DNA of 64,000 nt from Octopus vulgaris (Eukaryota), in the NCBI GenBank assembly GCA_951406725.2, contig OX597822.1, forward strand, positions 98,146,001 to 98,210,000. Direction: 5' to 3'. Positions 1 to 12,067 of the stretch are shown here, in pieces. Within the stretch, counting starts at the first letter, position 1, and each line of letters opens with the position of its first letter. The translations under genes and the position numbers were made by a program. The notes beneath the pieces are model-generated. The model did not search any database. It worked only from the letters and a program-made list of their open reading frames with translations, and was not told the origin of the DNA.

Positions 1-471
1 ATTTGCTGTGTATGTTGGCAGCAAATGGACCATTTGGTCAGAGGAATGATTTCCGTTCACAGGAACAAAAAAAACGAGAAGCTTCCAATACAGTTAGAAA
101 AGAGCTGGAGCTTGTGCTAAGTTATAAAGGGTGTGATGTTGGCATACGCCACTTACGTTCAGAATTTCTTGGATAAATCCTTTCGGGCTCATTTCTGGGG
201 AGGCTAGATACCCAACTCGTAACTGCGTCCGAGTCTTGGTTCAAATTTCAATCAATTGTTATCTACACCTTTACAGAAAGAACAGCTGGCTGGAAAAGGT
301 AATACAATTCCTGAGAGTTGATTAAATAAAACTGGTAATTATATTTTCCCCATGGAAAAGGTCTCTTGTGCACGATTCATAATTTGCTTTGCTGGAGAGC
401 TATTTCAAAATGGCGATCTTTGTTCGTAAATTGAAGATCAATAGCCTATTGCTTCAACGTGCAGTACACAT

Positions 472-675
472 ATTGGTTTCAAATTTTGGTACAAGGCCCC
501 ATCAATTTTGGAGGAGATAGTACCAGTTCTCAACTGGTAATTATTTTATTGACACCGTATGGACAAAAGGCAAAGTCTAACTACGACGGAATTTGAACTC
601 ACAACGTAAAGAAGTACGAAATGCTACTAAGAATTTTGCCTAATTCGGTAACGATTCTGGCAACTCACCGCCTTG
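472..675 (-). mobile_element. Degraded SINE family C copy (tRNA-derived head, TTTGCCTTTCATCC..GTCGATAAA core)
   Basis: Reverse complement aligns by eye with the cleaner copy at 5038 (AAGGCGGYGAGYTGGCAGAA...GAGTTCAAATT...TTTGCCTTT) and carries the CCTTGTACCAAAATTTGAAACC tail. Confidence 0.75.
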
Positions 676-1067
676 ACGAGTAATGTATATTACTGCTCGT
701 CCTATTACATTGCATTTGTGATAAGATACCCAAATCTAATCCCGGTGAAATCGGGAATCAGTGTAGCGAGACACCAGCCTATGTACTGTTACATTCTATT
801 CTTTTGCTATGCAATAACAATACTGATAGTTTGATACTCAAAGAAATATATTAGAAATAATTTGTAATTGGAGTAAGAACTGAGAAATTAGGACTCCAAT
901 ACTTGTTAATTTGTCATTAGTAACTGAAGAATCATTTAATTGATTTTGCACAACACTAAACATGAAATAAAACTAATTTCTCTTTACTAATCGAAGAGCC
1001 AACATTCGGTAAGGCACACTAACAAGGTTATCTAGGTAAATGATCGACCAGTAGCCACGAATTATAT

Positions 1068-1240
1068 CGGTTTCAGATTTTCGCACAAGGCCAGGAGGTT
1101 CGGGGGAGTAGATAAATTGATTATATCAACCCCACTTGTTTAACTGGTACTTATTTTATCGACCCTAAAAGATCAGAGGCATAATCGACTTCGGCGGAAT
1201 TTGAAATCAGAACGTAAATATGGACGAAATGCCGCTAGAC
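1068..1240 (-). mobile_element. Degraded SINE family C copy
   Basis: ggtacttattttatcgacc...ggcggaatttgaaatcagaacgtaa is the reverse complement of the family C core. Confidence 0.7.
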
Positions 1241-2336
1241 ATAATATTAACATTTAGCTTGGCACAATACCAGTATTTTACTGAAGTACAAGGTCAACGT
1301 TTTGAGGGAAGGGGCATAGATGACAGCTCTTCTTTGAGTATACTAAAAGGTACCAATTTTGTCAGAACATGTCACATAAAGCAAGGACATACTCCATTTA
1401 TAACATATGAGTTGAGGCGTTATACTTCAATTCAAATAGTGATGTGGAATCGTTCATTCTTGTCACATGGTTTGTACTAACGCAAGTGAAAGCCTCTGAT
1501 ATCAATTAGCCTAATCCAATTTCTGTAAGGGTAAATTTTCTTACCTTGCCACCTCAAATCCTGACTGAGGTGCATGTCATCAGAAATTTTGAACCTGAGG
1601 AAGCCTACTTTGCTATACTTCTGGCCACAGCCTATTCCTTCCAGAAATAGTTGGATACAAGCAGAGAATAAAGGAAGGAGGTTGACGAATCGACCCATTA
1701 CAAGATTCGTGCTTTATTTATCGCCCCCAAATGGACGGCTGATAAAGTAGACCCCAGGATTTTTTAAACTCGGAGCGTAAAGAGCCAGAATGTATACCGC
1801 TTGGCAATCTAACTGACACTCTAGATATATTTCCAGTTCATCAATTTGAGGTAAATATTTAGACAATAAAATTTACTTCCATGTAAAACTGATTTTTGTT
1901 CTTTTCTTTTTGTACATCGCAGAAATGAAAGACAAATTTTATCTCAGCGAGAATTAAAAGTAGAATTTAGAAGGACTGAAATAATTATTGCAAAGCATAT
2001 TCGTTAGTTGTTCAACTTTATTCGCCAAATCAGCAGATATCAGATTAGATACCATTGATTTATGGTTAAGAATAGAGGAAAGCGACTATTCAAAGAAGAA
2101 AAATATAAGCATCTGAACCAATCCATTATTGTAACTTACTCTGATATTTTCCCAACTCCAGTGAGTGAGAAACAGTGCAAACAGTATTCTGCTAAGACCA
2201 CGTTGAGATAATACAAGTTTATATTAAGTCTATAATCAATTATACTTAGTAACTGCTAACGCTAAATCTGTGATACAAGATTTAAGAATAAATTCTAACT
2301 TTGATCTAAAACAAGACAGTATAATCTTGTAAGATT

Positions 2337-2426
<90 letters not shown>

Positions 2427-2428
2427 GT

Positions 2429-2812
2429 GGAGGCGCAATGGCCCAGTGGTTAGGGCAGCGGACTCGTGGTCATAGGATCGCGGTTTCGATTCCCAGACCG
2501 GGCGTTGTGAGTGTTTATTGAGCGAAAACACCTAAAAGCTCCACGAGTCTCCGGCAGGGGAAGGTGGTGATCCCTGCTGTACTCTTTCACCACAACTTTC
2601 TCTCACTCTTACTTCCTGTTTCTGTTGTACCTGTACTTCAAAGGGCCGGCCTTGTCACTCTCTGCGTCACGCTGAATATCCCCGAGAACTACGTTAAGGG
2701 TGCACGTGTCTGTGGAGTGCTCAGCCACTTACACGTTAATTTCACGAGCAGGCTGTTCCGTTGATTCGGATCAACCGGAACCCTCATCGTCGTAACCGAC
2801 GGAGTGCTTCCA
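2429..2812 (+). mobile_element. SINE family A (tRNA-derived head), full length
   Basis: GGAGGCGCAATGGCCCAGTGG A-box-like and GGTTTCGATTCCC B-box-like motifs; near-identical copies at 13255 and 24358; flanked by (TA)n. Confidence 0.9.
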
Positions 2813-2869
2813 TATATATATATATATATATATTCCGCACGTGTTTTCAAGCACATAAATTAGTAAGTT

Positions 2870-3235
2870 AATGCCACTGGTTTATCTTGGCTGTGTTTTC
2901 TCTGCATCCGTCCTGGCGATATTGGCCCCTTTCATACCAATTATGAATGCTCTGTGACATGTAGATCCCGGTCTTTTCCTCATTTTGATTTTTTTCCTCC
3001 GGTGGTGGCCATTTGAAAGCTGTTTAATCAATGGATTCTTCTGGCAGTCGAATTCTGTGATCTGCTATTTTTAATCTGCGTTCTCTGATGATTTCATTTG
3101 TGTTGTCTCGGTTTAGAATACCTTCATTATTTATGTAGTCCTTCTCAAGCAGGTTTAGTGGAACACATGTAGCATTGTAGATTTTTGTTCCGGTGTTCTT
3201 CCATGTCTCACTGGCAGAGGGAAAGAGGGCTTGCT
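2870..3235 (-). mobile_element. RTE-clade LINE 3' remnant
   Basis: Minus-strand translation gives SETW...DYINNEGIL...IIRERRLKIADH.IRLP...AFKWPP, resembling the RTE ORF C-terminus; stops present. Confidence 0.6.
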
Positions 3236-3415
3236 TTTTGATAAAAAAACTTCAAGAATAACGACGGAACATTTACGGTTTGGGCTATCTGATAGTGAGA
3301 ATAGCCGCATTCACAATTGGTGTTGACTGGGATATAAGGTTTTAGTCTAACAGCTTATTCAAACAGTTGAGTAAACCTTCATATTGAAATTTTACAATGA
3401 AATCTCTCTCTCTCC

Positions 3416-3454
<39 letters not shown>

Positions 3455-3623
3455 GCGCGCGCAAATAAAAAAGGTCAAAAGGAGGTATACAGTGAATGTA
3501 TTATTTTGACGCTCAATTTAAGTTGGGGAAAAAGGTGTGTCACTTTTAGCACATGGCACTTCGTCAGTTCGCCGAAAGCCCGTGTGTGGTTACGCAGCTG
3601 AAGTGACCCGAAATCATATACAT

Positions 3624-3667
<44 letters not shown>

Positions 3668-4189
3668 ATGGATAGGAGCATGTATGTTTCTCTCTCTCTC
3701 TCTCTTTTCAACTTTATCACTGTGTACGGCCATACGCACGCACACATATGCCACTGAGTTTTATCTCTTCATTTATGTTTAATTTATGCAAATTATGTAC
3801 TTTTCTATTCTTTTTTGTATAAATATATGACCCTTGCTACAGGTTGTACAACTGTCGTGCCGATTACGGCGCTCTTCAGCAAGAAACTCGCGACTACAAC
3901 TGTTCTCTTGTCTTCAGTCAATACACTATTACTGTTCTTTAAATACTTATCAATTTTAAAGAAATCTCGAAATCACCTCCCCTTCTCAAGTGGAGCTATT
4001 CTTAATTGCCATTTCGTAATTATGATAATCATTCCAGATGTGGAGAATAATTCTAATAAATCAAGAATTCAAGTTGCATGGTATTTGATATGCCTTTCTC
4101 TCTCTCTCTGATATATATATATATATATACAATTGTTTGTTTGTATTCCACCTGCCTTCGTCTTTTGTTTATTTTCATAAAGCTTCCCG

Positions 4190-4249
<60 letters not shown>

Positions 4250-4253
<4 letters not shown>

Positions 4254-4524
4254 AAGAAAAAGTCTATGTAGAAAATGTTAAAATAATTTTATAAAAAATA
4301 TTTCAGTAGCGGTTTCAGTCATTGAGACTTTTTCAATTGTAAGTATGGAAAACAATTAAATTTTGGAAAAATGAAAAAGTTTTTAAAAGAATATTGCATA
4401 GTATTCAAATACAAGGGACATGAGCTTATGTGAACACAAACATTTGTTCATTATAGACAAATCATCAGTATGGTTGTTCAGCAAGAAATTCCAGAAATGC
4501 ATCTTCTAATGACGTGAGATGACA
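4250..4524 (-). mobile_element. Short non-coding element with a hammerhead-like motif (probable Penelope pLTR fragment)
   Basis: Bounded by (TA)n on both sides; contains the motif at 4302-4340. Confidence 0.5.
4302..4340 (-). ncRNA. Minimal hammerhead-like motif, U3-A8 core variant (degraded)
   Basis: Minus strand: caa TTGAAAA agtc-tcaat-gact GAAA ccgc TA ctg; 4-bp stem II; stems I and III each have one mismatch. Confidence 0.5.
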
Positions 4525-4537
4525 TTATATATATATA

Positions 4538-4720
4538 TGAGGACGGGTAACCAACGAGAAACTCGAGTCCGTGTGTATCACATAAGGCTAGAGATGGGAA
4601 CAGTGACCTCTCTCGCAAATATTAATCGGAGACAGACTGTGTCATTAGCCAGCCAGAGTAGATGTCTTCCTGGGGATAAAAACAATAGCACTGTCCTGTA
4701 TAGGACGCTACATTCAGTTG

Positions 4721-4721
<1 letters not shown>
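4538..4721 (+). mobile_element. 5'-truncated copy of the HHR-bearing 346-nt element family
   Basis: Homologous to the reverse complement of 11872-12059; begins TGAGGA cggg taacca acga GAAA ctcgag TC cgtgtgt; (TA)n on both sides. Confidence 0.75.
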
Positions 4722-4757
<36 letters not shown>

Positions 4758-4767
4758 CCCATACATA

Positions 4768-4985
4768 CAGGGTTGCCTAAAAGTCACCAGATAGTAAATC
4801 AGAATTCCATAAATACTATCTATAATTCTGTATTGACTCGAATGGAAAAATGTGTCGCTGAAGAACAAATCTCATGACGTTTCATATTTAGATGCTTTTA
4901 TTAAATTTATTCAGTTGTTAAGCATAAAGAAATCTTGGAATTACATTGTGTGGGTTTACTCCCAGGTGACTTTTGGCCAATCATG
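4768..4985. mobile_element. Tc1/mariner-type MITE (218 bp)
   Basis: Imperfect ~30-bp TIRs (CAGGGTTGCCTAAAAGTCACC / GGTGACTTTTGGCCAATCATG), TA dinucleotide on both sides, no ORF. Confidence 0.7.
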
Positions 4986-5037
4986 TATACATATATACAC
5001 CTGAGTCGTCTAAGACATCATATATAATATATGTGTT

Positions 5038-5900
5038 AAAGCGGCGAGCTGGCAGAAACGTTAGTACGCCGGACGAAATGCTTAGCGGTATTTCGTCTGC
5101 CATTACGTTCTGAGTTCAAATTCTGCCGAGGTTGACATTGCCTTTCATCCTTTCGGGGTCGATAAATTAAGTACCGGTTACGCACTGGGATTGATGTAAT
5201 CGGCTTAATCCCTTTGTCTGTCCTTGTTTGTCCCCTCAATGTTTAGCCCCTTGTGGGTAATAAAGAAATAGGGATTTCGTCTGCCGTTACGTTGTAAGTT
5301 CAAATTCTGCCGAGGTTGACTTTGCCTTTCATCCTTTCGGGGTCGATAAATTAAGTACCGGTTACGCACTGGGATTGATGTAATCGGCTTAATCCCTTTG
5401 TCTGTCCTTGTTTGTCCCCTCTATGTTTAGCCCCTTGTGGGTAATAAAGAAATAGGTATTTCGTCTGCCGTTACGTTGTGAGTTCAAATTCTGCCGAGGT
5501 TGACTTTGCCTTTCATCCTTTCGGGGTCGATAAATTAAGTACCGGTTACGCACTGGGATTGATGTAATCGGCTTAATCCTGTCTTGTTTGTCCCTCTATG
5601 TCCCCTTGTCCGTTGTTTGTCCCCTCTATAAATTAAGTACCGGTTACGCACTGGGATTGATTTAGCCCCTTGTTTGTCCCCTCTATTGTGGGTAATAAAG
5701 AAATAGGTATTTCGTCTGCCGTTACGTAAATTAAGTACGTGAGTTCAAAATTCGTGCCGAGGTTGACTTTGCCTTTCATCCTTTCGGGGTCGATAAATTA
5801 AGTACCGGTTACGCACTGGGATTGATGTAATCGGCTTAATCCCTTTGTCTGTCCTTGTATGTCCCCTTTATGTTTAGCCCCTTGTAGTCAATAAATGAAT
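5038..5900 (+). mobile_element. SINE family C with tandemly amplified 184-bp body (~4.5 units)
   Basis: Single head at 5038; ATTTCGTCTGCC recurs at 5090, 5274, 5458 and 5709; third unit scrambled. Confidence 0.85.
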
Positions 5901-5906
5901 ATATGT

Positions 5907-5950
<44 letters not shown>

Positions 5951-6002
5951 ATACACGCGCAGAGGTTTTATTTAGCCTCTATATAATACAGCTGAACTTA
6001 TT

Positions 6003-6377
6003 CTCTTTACTCTTTTACTCTTTTACTTGTTTCAGTCATTTGACTGAGGCCATGCTGGAGCACCACCTTTTAGTACTTATTCTATCGGTCTCTTTTTGCC
6101 GAACCGCTAAGTGACGGGGACCTAAACACACCAGCATCGGTTGTCAAGCAATGCTTGGGGGACAAACATAGACATACAAACACACACACATATACATATA
6201 TATATACATATATACGACAGGCTTCTTTCAGTTTCCGTCTACCAAATCCACTCACAAGGCATTGGTCGGCCCGGGGCTATAGCAGAAGACACTTGCCCAA
6301 GATGCCACGCAGTGGACTGAACCCGCAACCGTGTGGTTGGTTAGCAAGCTACTTACTACACACCCACTCCTGCGCCT
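6003..6377 (-). mobile_element. SINE family B (tRNA head, CORE-like CTTGGGCAAGTG block, internal microsatellite, LINE-like tail)
   Basis: Reverse complement of the 10853-11247 copy with an internal deletion near the tail; (AGAGTAAA)n end. Confidence 0.9.
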
Positions 6378-6894
6378 ATGTTTGGGAGAATATGCAAAAA
6401 TATAATAATCAATATCAGTTAACGATCTAATGCAACAGCAATCGAACTTTGCAGCATCTAAAAAGGTCGACGATGCAAAGCTTTATTGACAGTTTCTTTA
6501 GTCCACAAGGAACAAAACATGTTTTATTGTCTCCTGACGGAAACAAATGTCATTATATACAAATGAACAGACGAAAACAAAATGAGTTTCTTTTCTATGA
6601 CTTTTTAATACATCTTCTGTTCTGTTCTTTTTTTTTTCTCAGCTGATGTAATTTTAACAACCTACTCATTTCCTCGCTTCCAACAGAATAACAAAAGTAG
6701 TAATTAGTCTCGGGAAATGTTTTAAGCTATAATTAGCTATCTTATACAAGTTATAAATAAAATTTTAAGCAAAATATATTGGGTAATTTTAATCGCAGCA
6801 GTTTCTAATATCACCAAAAGTGCTCATCCATATATATATATTGCTATTTGCACATGCTACGCAATGCATAAGGATAAACATGGGATATGCATAC

Positions 6895-6947
<53 letters not shown>

Positions 6948-6991
6948 CAAAACAAAGACACAGATGCGCGCGCATACAATAGGTGTTTGTG

Positions 6992-7023
<32 letters not shown>

Positions 7024-7300
7024 TATATACACAAAATATATATATATACAAAGTATATAATACATATATATACATATATATATATATACATATATATACA
7101 TACATATATATATATATACATATATATACATACATATATATATATACATATATACATACATATATATATATACATACATATAACATATATATACATATAC
7201 ATATATATACATATATATATACATATATATATACATATATATATATATATACATATATATACATATATATGATGCGCGCGCATACACATAGGTGTTTGTG

Positions 7301-7367
<67 letters not shown>

Positions 7368-7368
7368 C

Positions 7369-7415
<47 letters not shown>

Positions 7416-7428
7416 TATATATATATAT
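6895..7428. repeat. (TA)n/(TACATA)n microsatellite tract
   Basis: Directly visible; source of spurious YI-repeat ORFs. Confidence 0.95.
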
Positions 7429-9642
7429 GCAAACTGGGAAGCGATCAATAATGATCTTGCACAAGTCGATTGGTCCTTCACGCACACATACACACCCACT
7501 AACATCAAAAAGTCCTGGCAGTCACTTGTAGACACCATCACGAACATATGTGCAAGACACACCCCATTAACATCTGCAAACAAATCTAAGTGTCGAATCC
7601 CTAGAAATAGAAAATCTCTCATAAGGAAAATTAAAAGAATCAACAAAAAGATCAACATGCTGAAATACTGTCAACAGCAACACACCAACCTGACTGCCAT
7701 CTCGTCGCTAGAGATTAAAAAACATAAACTCCAAAACAACATGATGTCTATCATCAATAGTCAGCGAAGAGCTGAAGAGGCCTGGGCCATTGAGAAGATC
7801 AAACTCAATCTCAAAGTGTTCTTTTCATTTGCAAAAAAACACAGAGTCACTGGTTCTACTGTTGGCCCTCTGATTGATGAAAATGGTATTCTTCAAGACA
7901 ATGCCAAAACCATGGGAGAAATATTGCAGAAACAATATTGCTCTGTTTTCAGCAATCCTGATATGACTGATCTGGGCTGTATCAGTGATGTTACTCCCCA
8001 ATACACTTTATCGGACATAACATTTGGCGCTCCTGATGTCTTAGCAGCAATAAAGGAAATGAAGCATAATTCAGCAGTAGGTCCCGATAGGTTCCCTGCT
8101 TGTGTCTTGAAGATGTGTCAAAACCAACTTGCACCCCCTCTAGCCAATCTGTGGCGGAACTCATTGGATGCTGGATATATACCAGAAGACCTTCTATCCC
8201 AGTCTGTTGTCCCAGTTTTCAAAAAAGGAAACAAATCGCTTGCCGTGAATTACCGTCCAATCTCACTCACCTCTCATATCATCAAGGTATTTGAGAGGGT
8301 GCTGAGATCGCGTATGACTCACTTCCTTGAGAGTCATAATATGCTGAACCCCAACCAGCATGGATTCCGTAATGGGAGAGATTGCCTGACGCAGCTACTG
8401 CATCATTTTGATGACATTTTGAGAGCCTTGGGAGAGGGTTCCAACACTGATGTCATCTACCTTGATTTCAGCAAGGCCTTTGACAGGGTTGATCATAAGA
8501 TCCTTCTGAGAAAGCTGTCCAATATTGGTGTCACTGGAAAGCTGCTGCAATGGATCAAGTGCTTCCTCTCTAACAGAACCCAACATGTTGTAGTCGAAGG
8601 AGTCAAATCCAGCCCAGCCAAAGTCAGCAGTGGTGTCCCACAAGGCACTGTGTTGGGCCCACTTCTCTTCATCATCTACATAAATGATATTACTGACACC
8701 ATCAAACACAGCAACATCAGAACCTTCGCTGATGATTCCAAGCTCCAGAAGGTCATCAATGGCGTGGATGACCGAATAAACCTTCAGTCAGACCTACTAG
8801 CTGTTGTCCAATGGGCGGAAAAGAATAACATGTTGCTAAATGAAGACAAATTCGAACTGATCCACTTTGGAAGAGAGGACGCTCTGAAACTCCCATACTC
8901 TCTTCCTTCTGGAGAAATTCTCATGGCATCCAACAACATCAGAGACCTGGGAGTAACAGTGGACAACAACATAAGCTGGGCTACACATATAAGCAGCAAA
9001 GTTGACATGGCCCGCAGAATGTGTTCCTGGATTCTCAGAACCTTCCAGTCGAGAGATTCCCACGCTATTATCCTTCTCTTCTCCACTTTTGCCCGACCCC
9101 ACCTTGAATACTGCTGTCCACTGTGGTCTCCCTACACAAAACAAAATATTATGAGAATTGAAGCTCCCCAAAGGTCAATCACAAAAAAGATAGATGGCAT
9201 GTCAGACCTTGACTACTGGGGTAGACTAGAGAAGCTGAAATTGTATTCACTCCAACGACGCCGTGAACGCTACATTATCTGTATGATGTGGAAAATATTC
9301 CATCAGCACTGTCCGAATGATGTTGGCATCACCTTCAAAATGCATCCAAGGCTTGGACCACGTGCCATCCGTCCACAACAAAAATCTAAATCGCATCACA
9401 TAACGACAATACGGCACAACTATTTCACCTCAATTGGACCCGCTCTCTTCAACATTACACCAGGACACGTCAAAAAAGAAACTGACCACACAAAATTCAA
9501 GAAGTCTTTGGACAAATTCCTTCAAACAGTACCGGACAAACCATCCACACCGGATATGTCTCCGCAAACAATAACTCTCTGCTCGAATGGGCCTTGGTGC
9601 CCAAATCCTGAACTGAAAGACTTCGCCAGGTGGTGCTATTAA
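7429..9642 (+). CDS. LINE ORF2 fragment: linker + reverse transcriptase (no endonuclease); probable 1-nt frameshift near 9549
   Basis: Open frame extends 76 codons upstream of the ATG at 7657; motifs [54 protein letters not shown]; the twin copy ends [20 protein letters not shown]. Confidence 0.9.
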   Translation, partial: ANWEAINNDLAQVDWSFTHTYTPTNIKKSWQSLVDTITNICARHTPLTSANKSKCRIPRNRKSLIRKIKRINKKINMLKYCQQQHTNLTAISSLEIKKHKLQNNMMSIINSQRRAEEAWAIEKIKLNLKVFFSFAKKHRVTGSTVGPLIDENGILQDNAKTMGEILQKQYCSVFSNPDMTDLGCISDVTPQYTLSDITFGAPDVLAAIKEMKHNSAVGPDRFPACVLKMCQNQLAPPLANLWRNSLDAGYIPEDLLSQSVVPVFKKGNKSLAVNYRPISLTSHIIKVFERVLRSRMTHFLESHNMLNPNQHGFRNGRDCLTQLLHHFDDILRALGEGSNTDVIYLDFSKAFDRVDHKILLRKLSNIGVTGKLLQWIKCFLSNRTQHVVVEGVKSSPAKVSSGVPQGTVLGPLLFIIYINDITDTIKHSNIRTFADDSKLQKVINGVDDRINLQSDLLAVVQWAEKNNMLLNEDKFELIHFGREDALKLPYSLPSGEILMASNNIRDLGVTVDNNISWATHISSKVDMARRMCSWILRTFQSRDSHAIILLFSTFARPHLEYCCPLWSPYTKQNIMRIEAPQRSITKKIDGMSDLDYWGRLEKLKLYSLQRRRERYIICMMWKIFHQHCPNDVGITFKMHPRLGPRAIRPQQKSKSHHITTIRHNYFTSIGPALFNITPGHVKKETDHTKFKKSLDKFLQTVPDKPSTPDMSPQTITLCSNGPWCPNPELKDFARWCY

Positions 9643-9690
9643 GTTAGACATGGCCGGGCCAATACTGGCCAAAAACCTTTCTAAGTTATT
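7429..9690 (+). mobile_element. Young 5'-truncated CR1/L2-group LINE
   Basis: Starts abruptly at ANWEAI after (TA)n; 3' UTR stem-loop and (TTCTAAGTTA)2 tail; high-identity twin at 40453-41252. Confidence 0.93.
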
Positions 9691-9890
9691 CTAAGTTATA
9701 TATATATACATATATATATACACATACATATATATACATACATACATATATATATACATACATATATATATATACATACATATATACATACATATATACA
9801 TACATACATATATATACATATATATATATACATATATACATATACATATATACATATATATATACATATATACATATATATGTATATATA

Positions 9891-9960
9891 ACAGGTGTTG
9901 CTATTAAGTTAGACATGGCCTGGGCCAATAATGGCCGAAACCTATCAAAGTATCAAAGTA
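9891..9960 (+). mobile_element. Isolated ~70-bp 3' end of a sister LINE subfamily
   Basis: GCTATTAAGTTAGACATGGCC..GGCCGAAACC matches 9634-9678 but the tail is (TATCAAAG)2. Confidence 0.75.
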
Positions 9961-10344
9961 TATATACATATATATACATATATATACATATATATATACA
10001 TATATATATATACATATATACATACATATATATATACATATATATATACATACATACATATATATATACATATATATATACATACATACATATATACATA
10101 TATATATACATACATATATACATATATATATACACATATATATATATACATATATATATACACATATATATATACACATATATACATATATATATACACA
10201 TATATATATACATATATATATACACATATATATATATATACAATGTATATATATATATATATATACATACATATATATAAAATTATATACACCACAAAAA
10301 ACAAAGACACACAGATGCGCGCGCATACACATAGGTGTTTGTGT

Positions 10345-10383
<39 letters not shown>

Positions 10384-10414
10384 GTATAAATATATATATG
10401 TAAGTATGTTTATA

Positions 10415-10721
10415 CTAGCTGGCCCCGTACCGTCAAACATGACGGCTAATTGTAGTATTTTATATATAAATATGGATGGTAAATCAACTTGTCAATGTTC
10501 ACATACATTCACATTCTTCCCTTTTACACGCACATACATAAAAAAATATATACGCATACAGAGTTGAAACGCTGTTTGATTTTACTTTTCAGCGTTGAAT
10601 GTTCACCATCCTACCAGTTTGCCATCAACATCAACCCTTCCTTCTTTATTCATCTGTCACCCCTTCCTTTCTCATTCATATGTTCTGACGGGGAAAAACA
10701 CTGGAGTATTATTATAATAGA
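10415..10721 (-). mobile_element. Non-autonomous Helitron (307 bp)
   Basis: Minus strand starts TC (TCTATTATAATAA), ends CTAG, has subterminal hairpin CCGTCA-tgtt-TGACGG (10430-10445) and sits between A and T. Confidence 0.75.
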
Positions 10722-10852
10722 TGATTGTGCTTATACTGCTAGCTGTGTCATGTGTGAATTCTATGGTGAACTACATGTTGCTGATGATATCCCAAGACAA
10801 TTTAAACTAGTTCCACTGATCCCACAGCTTACTATAAAACTATTGTATATTA

Positions 10853-11247
10853 AGGCGCAGAAGTGGCTGTGTGGTAAGTAGCTTGCTAACCAACCACATG
10901 GTTCCGGGTTCAGTCCCACTGCGTGGCATCTTGGGCAAATGTCTTCTGCTATAGTCCCGGGCCGACCAAAGCCTTGTGAGTGGATTTGGTAGACGGAAAC
11001 TGAAAGAAGCCTGTCGTATATATGTATATATATGTATGTGTGTGTCTGTGTTTGTCCCCCTAGCATTGCTTGACAACCGATGCTGGTGTGTTTACGTCCC
11101 CGTCACTTAGCGGTTCGACAAAAGAGACCGAAAGAATAAGTACTGAGCTTACAAAGAATAACTCCCGGGTCGATTTTCTCGACTAAAGGCGGTGCTCCAG
11201 CATGGCCGCAGTCAAATGACTGAAACAAGTAAAAGAGTAAAGAGTAA
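10853..11247 (+). mobile_element. SINE family B, full length
   Basis: AGGCGCAG..TGGCTGTGTGGTAAG head, GGTTCAGTCCC B-box-like motif, tail GGTGCTCCAGCATGGCCGCAG..CTGAAAC(AGTAAAAG)n. Confidence 0.92.
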
Positions 11248-11300
11248 GTCAAGGGACATTACTTCTGTCTGCTGGGTATTGATTAAAATCAATAGATATA

Positions 11301-11340
11301 GACTTTAGTTTCTGGGTGGTTAACCGTCTTCAGCGTGTGT
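11301..11340 (-). ncRNA. Type I minimal hammerhead, 5' portion ending at the GUC cleavage triplet
   Basis: acacacg CTGAAGA cggt taacca ccca GAAA ctaaag TC, followed by unrelated flank. Confidence 0.7.
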
Positions 11341-11466
11341 TAATCACTGGCTAGTTATGAAAACTCATTCCACTCGCAAAATACTTCATACTTTTCTAGC
11401 GACTCACCGTCGCTGGTCTCGTAAAAGAGAGATATGTTATATTAAATCTCTGAGCGAGATATAAAC

Positions 11467-11844
11467 AGGCGCAGGAGTGGGTGTGTGGTAAGTAGCTTAT
11501 TTACCAACCACATGGTTCCGGGTTCAGTCCCACTGCGTGGCACCTTGGGCAAGTGTCTTCTACTATAGCCTTGGGCCGACCAAAGCCTTGTGATTGGATT
11601 TGGTAGATGGAAACTGAAAGAAGCCCGTCGTATATATGTGTATATATATATATGTTTGTGTGTGTGTATTTGTCCCCCTAGTATTGCTTGACAACCGATG
11701 CTGGTGTGTTTATGTCCCCGTTACCGATAGAATAAGTACTGGGCTTACAAAAGAATAAGTCCTGGGGTCGAGTTGCTCGATTAAAGGCGGTGCTCCAGCA
11801 TGGCCGCAGTCAAATGACTGAAACAGGTAAAAGAGTAAAAGAGT
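11467..11844 (+). mobile_element. SINE family B nested in the HHR element
   Basis: Full head and tail; AACAG duplicated at 11464-11468 and 11845-11849 (short candidate TSD). Confidence 0.92.
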
Positions 11845-12020
11845 AACAGTACGAATTATAAAATATATTTGCCAACTAAATGTGGTATCCTGTACAGGAC
11901 AGTGCTACTGTTGTTTTTTAGTTCCAGGAAGACTTCTCCTCCAGCTGGCTAAAGACACAGTCTGTGTTCGATTAGTATTTGTGAGGGAGGTCATCGCTTC
12001 CATCTCTAGCCTTACGTGAT

Positions 12021-12067
12021 ACACACGGACTCGAGTTTATGGGTGGTTACCCATCCTCAGCGTGTGT
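12021..12067 (-). ncRNA. Type I minimal hammerhead ribozyme motif (G12 mutated to U in this copy)
   Basis: ACACACG CTGAGGA TGGG-taacca-CCCA tAAA CTCGAG TC CGTGTGT: 7-bp stem I, 4-bp stem II, palindromic stem III; sister copies at 11301 and 4538 retain GAAA. Confidence 0.78.

Noticed and set aside
150-320. Possible minus-strand exon (CTCTCAG acceptor near 311, GTAAGT donor near 157)
   Set aside because: All three frames contain stops and no recognisable product; splice-like words alone are insufficient
1535-1600. Possible short minus-strand exon ending AAG|GTAAGA
   Set aside because: No homology recognised and no partner exons identifiable
2429-2505. tRNA gene-like sequence (also 13257, 24358, 44283, 54748)
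   Set aside because: Continues into a shared SINE body with TSDs and a tail; no complete acceptor stem evident
8100-9171. Antisense and alternate-frame ORFs inside the LINE
   Set aside because: Shadows of the RT reading frame
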